From positions 96,001 through 160,000 of the forward strand of contig JBHLNF010000007.1 of NCBI GenBank assembly GCA_048937405.1: a stretch of DNA of 64,000 nt. The letters run 5' to 3'. Below the pieces are notes generated by a model. That model ran no database searches. It was not told where the DNA came from and worked only from the letters and a program-made list of their open reading frames with translations. A program made the position numbers and the translations under genes. Positions 51,801 to 60,887 of the stretch are shown piece by piece. Position 1 is the first letter of the stretch; each line of letters begins with the position of its first letter. The DNA is from Promethearchaeota archaeon. Its GTDB lineage: Archaea; Asgardarchaeota; Lokiarchaeia; Sigyniarchaeales; SOKP01.

Positions 51801-52877
51801 ATGCAGCGAGAGATAAAACACTACAATAGGTGGTTAACTAATAATATTCAAGGTTATCTAAAAGGACTTAAGGGTGAAATCAGGGTCCTATTTGAACCAT
51901 ATATAGAATTCAAAAAAATGGGTACACTTTTTGGGCTTTACAAAAATTACATTCCAACTAATAGGATGCATAAATATTGTAGAAAAATTATAGCTAAAAA
52001 TACTTTAGATAAAATGCGTGCTAAATTCAAAAAATTTATTGAAATTTGGATAGAAAAATACCCACATTTGGTTCAGTCATTATTATTAGTACAATCTTAT
52101 ATTATGAAGTATATTGATGAATATGAGGTAATTCTTCAACCAAAACCTTCCCCAGATTATCAAATGTACAAATTCCATCCTGCTTTTAAAAGAAACTATT
52201 TTGAAATAATCGATACATATGAAAAAGCATATTGGCTTGGATTTCTATTTGCTGATGGATGGATTGCAATAGAACATAAGAAATCTGGAGATTATTATCG
52301 AATGGGGCTCCAATTATCATATAGCGATAAAAGAGTTGTTAAGGAACTTTGTAAATGTATAGGATTAAATCCCAGTTTTATTAAAATTCGTCTAGTAAAA
52401 AGTGATTTTAGTACGAAAATATATCCTATAAGTGAAATTAGATGGGGAGATCAGAAAATGGCTCAAGATCTATTAAAAATAGGGATGAGATATGAAAATA
52501 ATGAAGAAAAAGGAAGACGAGTTAAAACACCAAAACTTCCAAACTTAAAAAACCGAAATTTGATGCTAGCATTTTTATTAGGTTTCTATGATGGTGATGG
52601 CACCCTTGGATATGATAAAAAGACTGGTAAAATTCGTCCTAGAATTGCTTCCTCAGATATTGAATTTTTACGACAAATAAAAAATTTTTTTGGAATTAAA
52701 TACAAAATTTCTTCCACTGCGATGTTATATTTCAATATTAGAAAAAAGAAAATGATTAAAACAAGAGGGAGTAGACTTGATATTGAAAAAGAGATTTTTA
52801 AAAAAATGTTAAGTGTATATAAAAAAAGTCTTGAAAGGAAAAGAGTTTCATTAGATTATTTTAATGGTACTCATTAA
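51801..52877 (+). CDS. free-standing two-motif LAGLIDADG homing endonuclease-like protein
   Basis: YWLGFLFADG and AFLLGFYDGDG; no intein termini or host-gene flanks seen. Confidence 0.85.
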   Translation: MQREIKHYNRWLTNNIQGYLKGLKGEIRVLFEPYIEFKKMGTLFGLYKNYIPTNRMHKYCRKIIAKNTLDKMRAKFKKFIEIWIEKYPHLVQSLLLVQSYIMKYIDEYEVILQPKPSPDYQMYKFHPAFKRNYFEIIDTYEKAYWLGFLFADGWIAIEHKKSGDYYRMGLQLSYSDKRVVKELCKCIGLNPSFIKIRLVKSDFSTKIYPISEIRWGDQKMAQDLLKIGMRYENNEEKGRRVKTPKLPNLKNRNLMLAFLLGFYDGDGTLGYDKKTGKIRPRIASSDIEFLRQIKNFFGIKYKISSTAMLYFNIRKKKMIKTRGSRLDIEKEIFKKMLSVYKKSLERKRVSLDYFNGTH

Positions 52878-52975
52878 AATTGAATAAAATAGTTATTGAT
52901 ATAAGATATTTTTTTTATAATTTGCATTCTTTCTAATAGATATAATATCAAAAAACGTTTTAGAAGAAGGTTTAT

Positions 52976-54155
52976 ATGACAATAAAACGAGTAGGAATTT
53001 TAACAGGCGGCGGAGTCATGTCTAAGATTTAACTTAACTGCCGTTTACTGTCCTGGGTTAAATTCTGTTCTCTATGGAATCATGCTTAAAGGTTATGATG
53101 CAGGAATTGAATGTGTTGGGATCCTGAAAGGATGGAAAGGATTTGTGGAAAATCAAACAATTCCACTTGATATTGCAGAACATGATGATTTACATACTGT
53201 TGGTGGAACAATTTTATATACAAGTAGAACAAATCCCTTTAAAAATGTGAGTTCAAAAGAGCAAAAAGCAAAAAATTTAACCAAAAAATTTGAAGAATTA
53301 GGAATTGATGCTCTAATTGCTATCGGTGGAGATGATACTCTTGGAGTAGCTGATACTATATATAAGTTTGGAGATGCTAAGGTAGTTGGAGTGCCCAAAA
53401 CCATTGATAATGATTTAGCAGGGACTCATTATACATTTGGATTTTGGAGTGCTGTACAATTAGCTTCAAATACTCTCGATAATCTTACTACTACTGCTCA
53501 TTCACATCAGAGAGTATTTGTTGTAGAAATTATGGGAAGGGATGCTGGTTTTTTAACAATGTATAGCGGAATTTCTGCAGGAGCAGATATAATCTTAATT
53601 CCAGAAACTCCATTTGATTTAGAAAAAGATATAATAAATGTTTTGAAAAATCGAGTTGATGCAGGATATAAATATCACATTATTGCTACATCAGAAGGAG
53701 CATATCCTAAATTAGAATCGCTAAATAGAGATTTTAAAACTATTTCAAAAGAAACAATTGATAAACTACCGAAGGATACATATGGAAATCCTTTATTGGC
53801 TAAATTAGGTATGTCTAAAATAATTGTCGATGAACTTGATTTAAGAGATGATTTAAAAGAAAAATTTCAAGAAAATGGAGTAGAATTTGAGTGTAGAAGT
53901 GTAGTACTTGGTCATACTATGCGAGCAGGAACTCCAAATTCATTTGATAGAATATTAGGGTTAAGATTTGGATTAGCAGCAATGAAACTTGTTTTAAACG
54001 GTGAATTTGGGAATATGGTCTCTCTTCAAGGAAATAAAATTCAAACAGTTCCCTTATCAGAAGGAGTTAAAAAGAAATATATCACCACCGAGAATGATAA
54101 AATGGAATTAAGAGATCTTTTAGTAAAAATCCGCTATTTATCCAAACAAAAATAA
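52976..54155 (+). CDS. pfp: phosphofructokinase, PPi-type signature, spliced: join(52976..53015,53047..54155), 382 aa
   Basis: MTIKRVGILTGGGDCPGLN after removing 31 nt; GGDDT and PKTIDND (PPi-type residues); MGRDAG. Confidence 0.92.
53016..53046 (+). other. 31-nt BHB-type mRNA intron in pfk
   Basis: Helix GCGG(53010-13)/CCGU(53041-44), bulges AGU and UUA, inner CA/UG, GU/AC and UAAG/CUUA stems; cuts give GGA-G|AC-UGU. Confidence 0.9.
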
Positions 54156-54211
54156 AACATAGTTAATCTAAATAGAATGTTAAATTAAAATATAATCTCA
54201 TTCTCTAATTT

Positions 54212-54472
54212 ATGAATGAAATAAAAGGAATTCTTTTTGTAAGAATAGAAAGAAAGGGAACACGATCAGAAGGACCTGAATATTTCATTAAGCCAATAGA
54301 TGATTACAAAAAAAGATGGTCTGAAGTTATTGTAAGGAAAAGAACTCACTTATGGGAGAATGATCCTAAATTACATAAATTTCTAAATAAAAATGTGATG
54401 ATAAGTGGAGATATCATCGAAACGAAAAATACCATTACTATTGATTACTTAAAAGTGGAACTTTTGGTTTAA
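54212..54472 (+). CDS. small hypothetical protein (OB-fold-like)
   Basis: 86-aa ORF, GTRSEGPEY motif. Confidence 0.6.
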   Translation: MNEIKGILFVRIERKGTRSEGPEYFIKPIDDYKKRWSEVIVRKRTHLWENDPKLHKFLNKNVMISGDIIETKNTITIDYLKVELLV

Positions 54473-54574
54473 TTCTTGAGCATTATTTTTAATTAATAAG
54501 AAGAAAAAGTGGGGAATTTAAATCTCTCAGTAAAGATATATCACTACAAACCATTTTAATTAGGTATAAGAATA

Positions 54575-55801
54575 ATGCAATTAAAAAGTAAATCAGTTGT
54601 ATTACTACTTGTTTTGGGTGTAAGTTTTTTTTCAGGGTTTATAACAATTGCTAATGCATGTAGACCTGATTACACTGAACGTAATTATGCAGAATGGAGA
54701 ACTAATAACAATCAACCCTATTTATATGTGAAAGCTGATGATTACTATACCCTTGGATTTTTAGAAGGTCAAAATTTAGCTTTTCAAATAGCTTGGATGA
54801 AACTGATGATTATGCTTCAAGCTCAAGAATTAGGACTTTCCTATGAAATGGCACTTTCCTATACTTTAGAATATCTTGATTTTATTCCAGAAGACTATTT
54901 AACTGAAATGCAAGGAATGGCGGATGCTATTGATGTTGTATCTATTCCATTTATGGGGAATACCTATGAAATATCAATTGATTTTATGGATATCTTAGCT
55001 CAAAACTGTTTTTGGGATATTTATTATGGGAAAATCATTCCAATGCTAACTGGATATCCACAATCTCCATTAATAGCGGGAGGATGCACTGCAATAGGAT
55101 CCTACACTAATAGAAAAACGGTTTTCGGACAAACAATTGATCTTTCTCAATTAATGATGCCAACAGTGTCATGGGTCTATACCAGAATAAATAACAAAAG
55201 ACTATTCTCATTTAGAATAGGTAGTATGTTGGCTATGGGTGGAATAAATAAATGGGGCCTTTCAATATCTGTTAACCTAATTGAAGTATTTAATTACGGA
55301 TGTTCAGGTATTCCGCTATCTATTATTTATAGGAGTATATTAGAAAACACCAGATCTGTTAAGCAAGCAACAAATAAAATTATTTCTAACGACTTTACAT
55401 TAGGATGGAACTACATAATAAGAACTAAAAGAATTATGGTAGCTATCGAAACTATTCCTAATTCTTACTCATTAGAGAGAGTTGCAAGAGGAAGCTATAC
55501 TTTTGATGCTAACATTTATGAAAATGCCTTATTCAAGATGCTTATGATTTACCCCACTAAATACTTAGAACGATATAATAGAGTTTCTGAATTATGTCAA
55601 GATAATAACCAAGATGGGAACTTAGATATCAACGAATTAGTCAATATTTGCTCAGATACTCAAATTTCAAGAATATTCACTTCCGCAGATCCTATGGAAA
55701 TAGGCACAGTCGGTTCTTTTTTCGTTGATCACAAAAATAGAGTTTACTTTTGCTTAGGAAATCCATTAGACTCAAACTTAGGATTAATAACATTTATTTA
55801 A
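54575..55801 (+). CDS. secreted C45-family (Ntn-hydrolase) peptidase/acyltransferase
   Basis: Signal peptide; EMQGMAD; GGCTAIG nucleophile; GQTID; GINKWGL. Confidence 0.8.
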   Translation: MQLKSKSVVLLLVLGVSFFSGFITIANACRPDYTERNYAEWRTNNNQPYLYVKADDYYTLGFLEGQNLAFQIAWMKLMIMLQAQELGLSYEMALSYTLEYLDFIPEDYLTEMQGMADAIDVVSIPFMGNTYEISIDFMDILAQNCFWDIYYGKIIPMLTGYPQSPLIAGGCTAIGSYTNRKTVFGQTIDLSQLMMPTVSWVYTRINNKRLFSFRIGSMLAMGGINKWGLSISVNLIEVFNYGCSGIPLSIIYRSILENTRSVKQATNKIISNDFTLGWNYIIRTKRIMVAIETIPNSYSLERVARGSYTFDANIYENALFKMLMIYPTKYLERYNRVSELCQDNNQDGNLDINELVNICSDTQISRIFTSADPMEIGTVGSFFVDHKNRVYFCLGNPLDSNLGLITFI

Positions 55802-55906
55802 ATAAATTAAATAAGTACTAAAGTCAATTTTAAATCTTTTTTTTTTTAATTTTTGTTTTTCAAATCTTTATTATCAAAATCCTCATTTTATCATCTACTT
55901 CAATAT

Positions 55907-56452
55907 CTAAAGTACATTGATAATTTTAGTAAAATTATATGTTTTATCTATTCTTTCAGCAAGTCTAAATAGACCTGATTTTAAAATTTCTGTTTCAATG
56001 TCCTTCATATGATGACAATCTAATGAGAAAATAGAATCTGGTTTTAGAACACGGTGAAATTCCTTTAAAACTCTCTTTGGATCATTTAACATATGGAACA
56101 TATCAAAACATAAAATAACATCAATAGAATTATTCTCTAAGCCTGTTGAGCAATCTGTTGTTATAGTATAAATATTGGTTAAACCTTCTTTTAAAGCTTT
56201 TTTCTGAACTTTTTCAGCAGATAATGGGTGTATATCTGCAGCATATACTTTTCCAGAATCACCGACAACTTTTGCCGCACAAATAGAATAACTTCCAGGA
56301 CCACATCCGTAATCAAGCACAATATCACCATCTTTTACCTTCGCTTTAATAATCTTTTTTAACGGATCAGAGAATTTATCACGTATAACAAATAAGGCGG
56401 ACATCACATTGAACGACATTCTTTTCATGGGTTTATCAATTTTACCTTCCAT
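55907..56452 (-). CDS. class I SAM-dependent methyltransferase
   Basis: VLDYGCGPG, VYAADI, EFHRVLKP. Confidence 0.92.
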   Translation of the reverse strand: MEGKIDKPMKRMSFNVMSALFVIRDKFSDPLKKIIKAKVKDGDIVLDYGCGPGSYSICAAKVVGDSGKVYAADIHPLSAEKVQKKALKEGLTNIYTITTDCSTGLENNSIDVILCFDMFHMLNDPKRVLKEFHRVLKPDSIFSLDCHHMKDIETEILKSGLFRLAERIDKTYNFTKIINVL

Positions 56453-56571
56453 AGAATTTACTTCCTATTATCTTATATTGGTTAAAATATTAGCGGTTGA
56501 GAAATAATACACGCCAATTTTATCTAAAAGATTGTAAGAATTTTCTTTATTTATCATTCTTTTTTTAAATC

Positions 56572-56603
56572 ATAAGTAATTACTTATATAAGTATTCACT
56601 TAT
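56572..56603. promoter_or_regulatory. tandem palindromic operator upstream of the methyltransferase gene
   Basis: ATAAGTAATTACTTAT (56572-87) followed by ATAAGTATTCACTTAT (56588-603). Confidence 0.65.
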
Positions 56604-56680
56604 ATTTAAAATTTTGTATCTTTAAATCAATTTAAACTTGTTCAGTTAAAATATGGGAAAATCAAAATTTTTAGATATTT

Positions 56681-57040
56681 TTAGTTTAAATTATTATGGA
56701 CAGGATTTAGAGGACATTCACTACATTTTCCTTTAAATGTACATTTCATTGAGGATACTTCGAGTACAGTATTAAGGACTCTTTTATAAGATTTAAATTT
56801 ACCCCTGTTCACATAGTAATAGTTTCGATTCTGTTCTTTATTTGATTTAATTAGTCCCAATTCTTTTAATATATTAATATGCTGAGTAATAGCAGGTTGA
56901 GATATACCTACCTTGTCTGCTATATCAATTACTTTTAGTTTATTTTCATCATTGAACATCAATAGACGAAGTAATTTAAGTCTGGTTGGATCAGCTAGAG
57001 CCTTAAAGAATTGAGATAAATCTTCTACAACATCTGTCAT
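56681..57040 (-). CDS. ArsR/SmtB-family regulator with a C-terminal Cys cluster
   Basis: FKALADPTRLKLL, SQPAITQH..LKELGLI; CTFKGKCSEC. Confidence 0.92.
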   Translation of the reverse strand: MTDVVEDLSQFFKALADPTRLKLLRLLMFNDENKLKVIDIADKVGISQPAITQHINILKELGLIKSNKEQNRNYYYVNRGKFKSYKRVLNTVLEVSSMKCTFKGKCSECPLNPVHNNLN

Positions 57041-57067
57041 GGTATTAGTAAAATAATTCTCTACATA

Positions 57068-57087
57068 ATATAAGTAATTACTTATAT
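57068..57087. promoter_or_regulatory. perfect 20-bp palindromic operator upstream of the ArsR gene
   Basis: ATATAAGTAATTACTTATAT, same core as 56572-56587. Confidence 0.65.
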
Positions 57088-57269
57088 AACAATCTATTGG
57101 TTCAAAAAGGGAGATTTATTAATTAAGAGACATATTTTTAACCAAAATATTTTTCTTCTTTAACACCAGCATCAATAACATCATTTTGAATATTTTGACC
57201 ATGCCATTTCTTGCTTAAAATTTAGAGATAATATTCATATTGAATTATTAAATTCATTATTTTTGTTGT

Positions 57270-57465
57270 TGTAGGCTATATTTTTATGGCTGGAAACTTG
57301 AGGATATTTCTGAGGATCTCATTTGCCATAAATTTGGTATATGTCAGAATGGTATATTCTACCATAATTAATTTCTATACCATTATCTCCCTAAGTTATT
57401 CGTTCAAATGACCAAGACCTTAATATAACTGAAAAATCTCTTCCAATGTAACCTTTTGATTAAAA
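57270..57465 (-). pseudogene. decayed 5' part of a Zn-dependent (cinnamyl/YahK-type) alcohol dehydrogenase gene
   Basis: SKGYIGRDFSVILRSWSFERIT*GDNGIEINYGRIYHSDIYQIYGK*DPQKYPQVSSHK resembles GICHSD.H...W....YP.VPGHE. Confidence 0.6.
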
Positions 57466-57525
57466 TTTCTTTTCTATTTTAATTTTCTTCCGTTTTCTAG
57501 TTTTAAAAAAAATTCACATACTTTT

Positions 57526-57945
57526 TTACTCATTGATATCATTGTATTCTTCATTTGTAACAGGTTCTAACCATTCAACAGGTCCCTTTTGGGAATTAGG
57601 CATTATCGCAATATGCACAAGCCAGCTATCTGACGAAGCTCCATGCCAATGATTTACACCAGAGGGAATCTTTACCACATCGCCTTTACGAATCACTTGA
57701 GCTTTTTTACCTTTTTCTTGAAAATATCCCTTTCCAGCTGTAACAAGCAGAATTTGACCTCCTTGATGTATATGCCAATTAGTTCTTGCGCCAGGTTCAA
57801 AAGAAACATTACCGATCGGACAATTAAAAGTACTATCGTCTGGAACTAACCTACTAAACCAGGCTGTTCCTGTGAAATGATCACTCGTAAATTTTTCACC
57901 TTTAGGAAAGATAATACTTTCGCTTAAATTATTTAATTTATCCAT
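57526..57945 (-). CDS. cupin domain protein
   Basis: FEPGARTNWHIHQGGQ, GDVVKIP.GVNHWHGA, VEWLEPV. Confidence 0.9.
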   Translation of the reverse strand: MDKLNNLSESIIFPKGEKFTSDHFTGTAWFSRLVPDDSTFNCPIGNVSFEPGARTNWHIHQGGQILLVTAGKGYFQEKGKKAQVIRKGDVVKIPSGVNHWHGASSDSWLVHIAIMPNSQKGPVEWLEPVTNEEYNDINE

Positions 57946-57998
57946 TTTTCATTCTTCACCTTTTTTTATTTATTTTTTTTTGTTTGAAATAATATTTT

Positions 57999-59243
57999 TT
58001 ATCCAAAGTGTTTTTCTTCTTCAGCATCACTATCAATGGCATCTTTTTCGATGTCTCGACCTTGCCATTTCTCACTTAGAATATCCTTATAATATTCATG
58101 TTGGATAATGAGGTTCATAATTTCAGTAGTCCCGGTCCATAATTCGCCGATTCTTGCATCCCGTAATAACCTTTCAATTGGATAAACTGTTGTATAACCA
58201 ATCCCTCCCATAACTTGCATGGAATTATTTATTACTTTCCAACATGATTTCGTTGAAAATTTCTTTGCTTCAGAAACCAATCTTCTTTGAAGAGCAGGTG
58301 GAGCTCCAGCATCAATACTTCTAGCAGTATTATAAACAAGGGATCGTGTTGCGTCTAATAACGTAATGCTATCAGCAATCAGAAAATTCACAGCTTGAAA
58401 GTTCCTTATCGTTTGCCCGAACGCTTTTCTTTTTGTACTATATTTTGTAGCAATTCTTAAACATGCCCTTGCAAGACCGATAAAACCCGACGCTGTAGTT
58501 AAACGTTCAGGAACCATCATTTGATAAAAAATCTTTCCGCCAGCACCTTCTTCAAGAATAATATTTTCTTCTGGGACGATAACATTATTAAATTTAATTC
58601 TGCCTGCGCCACCACCTCTAGTCCCTAATATACCATAAATATATTCAACAGAAACATTTTCGGTTCTATCTACTATAAATAAACTTAAAGCATTATGAGG
58701 ATCCGCATTTGGATCTAAATTGGTTTTAGCATACACCAGAAAGAAATCTGCTCCCTCTGCTCCTACTACAAACCGTTTTTCTCCATTTAAGATATAATGA
58801 TTCCCTTCTTTTTCAGCTGTGGATGTAGCTCCAAAGAAATCAGATCCTCCTCTTGGTTCAGTTAAAGCTTCAGCTGTGAATTTCTTCCCTTCACACATTG
58901 GTTTAAGATATTTCTGTTTTTGATCCTCAGTCCCAAACATATTCAGAGCTTCTCCACAAATACTAGGTAAAGAAAATAAACATGCAAGTGAACTCCCTAA
59001 TACTCCAATTTCTTCCTGAGCTATAATTTCACTCTCCCAATTCAATCCCCTTCCCCCATATTCCTTTGGAAATCTTATTCCTATTAAATTTTGTTTAGCT
59101 AATGCATTTAACCATTCAGTAGGGTATTGAATCTCATCTTTATCCATTTTTTTTAAGAGTGAGGGTGGAACTGTACTTTTTACAAATTTTCGTACTTCTT
59201 CTCTAAACTTTTTGTTTTCGTTACTAAGTAGATAATCATACAT
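57999..59243 (-). CDS. acyl-CoA dehydrogenase
   Basis: ALTEPRGGSD, LNGEKRF, RKAFGQ, QVMGGIGY, GTTEI. Confidence 0.95.
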   Translation of the reverse strand: MYDYLLSNENKKFREEVRKFVKSTVPPSLLKKMDKDEIQYPTEWLNALAKQNLIGIRFPKEYGGRGLNWESEIIAQEEIGVLGSSLACLFSLPSICGEALNMFGTEDQKQKYLKPMCEGKKFTAEALTEPRGGSDFFGATSTAEKEGNHYILNGEKRFVVGAEGADFFLVYAKTNLDPNADPHNALSLFIVDRTENVSVEYIYGILGTRGGGAGRIKFNNVIVPEENIILEEGAGGKIFYQMMVPERLTTASGFIGLARACLRIATKYSTKRKAFGQTIRNFQAVNFLIADSITLLDATRSLVYNTARSIDAGAPPALQRRLVSEAKKFSTKSCWKVINNSMQVMGGIGYTTVYPIERLLRDARIGELWTGTTEIMNLIIQHEYYKDILSEKWQGRDIEKDAIDSDAEEEKHFG

Positions 59244-59509
59244 TTTTGATACTCTCTAAATGATATATTCTATTACGAAAAAATAATGATGGGTTTAATA
59301 AAAATAATAATTTGAATAAAATTCATTTTTTTTTATTATTAACCTCTAATTCGAAGTTCCATTGTAGTTCATTAGTTAAAACTATAAATATTCAAAATTA
59401 CTTATCTTGCACACTATATAGTAAATTTATCGCTTTTTTTCTATATATTATTCGAAAAATCATAAAACTATACTGTATAATCTTGAAAAATTAAAAATAC
59501 AATTCACCA

Positions 59510-60778
59510 ATGTTCGCTAAAATTAAAAAAATCTATAAGGAATATCCCAAGGCATTTAAAGTACTGACTTTCGCCACTTTCATTGACCAAATAGGGTCTT
59601 TCTTATTATATCCTTTTTTTGCTTGGTATGTAACAGAACGTTTTGGTGTAGGAATGATAGAAGTAGGAATCCTATTTTCAATCTTTTCTATAGGAAACAT
59701 ATTTGGTAGTACAATCGGAGGTGCCTTAGCTGATAAATATGGACGTCGTGTAATTGTTTTAATTGGTTTAATTGTAAGTGGGATAGGAAGTATCTTAATG
59801 GGATTAGCTAATAATTTAAACACTTTTTATTTAATCGCTGCGTTTCTAGGTTTAATAGGCAATTTTGGAGGTCCTGCACGTCAAGCAATGGTGCCAGATT
59901 TACTTCCAAAAGAAAAACAAGCTGAAGGATTTGGAATCCTACGAGTTGCTTTTAATCTCTCAGCTGTGATTGGGCCTATATTAGGTGGATTTATGGCAAC
60001 CAGATCCTTTATGTTATTATTTATTTCTGATGCAATAAGCAGTATTATTACTGCTATTATAGTCTTTGTTGTCATCCCAGAAACTAAACCTCAAACTCAG
60101 GATGTAACTTCAAAAGAATCAGTCATGAAAACACTAATAGGATATAAAGATGTTGTAAAGGACTGGAAATTTATGATTTTCATTGCGGTATCAGCCATAA
60201 CAGTTTTAGTATATATGCAGATGAATGGTCCACTATCAGTTTATTTAAGAGATATTCATGGTTTTCCCATTGAAAATTTTGCTTGGTTAGTGAGTATGAA
60301 TGCATTAATAGTCGTTGTTTTTCAATTCTGGATAACTAAAATGATTTCGAAATATGCTCCTATGAAAATGATGGCTTTTGGAACGATATTTCTAATGATT
60401 GGTTTTGGGATGTATGGTTTTGTGTCTGAACCATATCTGTTTTTTGTTGCTATGGCTATTATCACTGTGGGTGAATGTATTGTATTCCCTCTTGGACAAA
60501 GTACTGCAGCTGCATTTGCTCCAGAAGATAAGCGCGGAAGGTATATGGCTATGTATGCTTTTCAATGGATGATTCCAAATCTGTTTGGTATTTTAGTTGC
60601 TGGATTAGTTATGGAATATATTGGACCAAACTGGTTATGGTATTTCGCTGCGCTTTTATCTCTTCTTTCAATAATTGGATTTTTATTACTTGAAAAGATT
60701 ACTACAGTACGTATTCTTAAAGAAAAAGAGCCAATAGAGGATGAATTTACTGAAATGGCGATTCCATCAATTGAATGA
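59510..60778 (+). CDS. MFS transporter
   Basis: GGALADKYGRR motif A; about 12 TM segments. Confidence 0.93.
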   Translation: MFAKIKKIYKEYPKAFKVLTFATFIDQIGSFLLYPFFAWYVTERFGVGMIEVGILFSIFSIGNIFGSTIGGALADKYGRRVIVLIGLIVSGIGSILMGLANNLNTFYLIAAFLGLIGNFGGPARQAMVPDLLPKEKQAEGFGILRVAFNLSAVIGPILGGFMATRSFMLLFISDAISSIITAIIVFVVIPETKPQTQDVTSKESVMKTLIGYKDVVKDWKFMIFIAVSAITVLVYMQMNGPLSVYLRDIHGFPIENFAWLVSMNALIVVVFQFWITKMISKYAPMKMMAFGTIFLMIGFGMYGFVSEPYLFFVAMAIITVGECIVFPLGQSTAAAFAPEDKRGRYMAMYAFQWMIPNLFGILVAGLVMEYIGPNWLWYFAALLSLLSIIGFLLLEKITTVRILKEKEPIEDEFTEMAIPSIE

Positions 60779-60851
60779 AAGATCTCTGACTTTTTATTAT
60801 TAATTACTGCCCATCGATTAGCATTTTAACATTAAAAATTCATCATTTAAG

Positions 60852-60875
60852 ATCGTGAAACGCATCTTTCACGAT
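60852..60875. terminator. hairpin between convergent genes
   Basis: ATCGTGAAA-cgcatc-TTTCACGAT. Confidence 0.4.
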
Positions 60876-60887
60876 GAATTGAATCAA

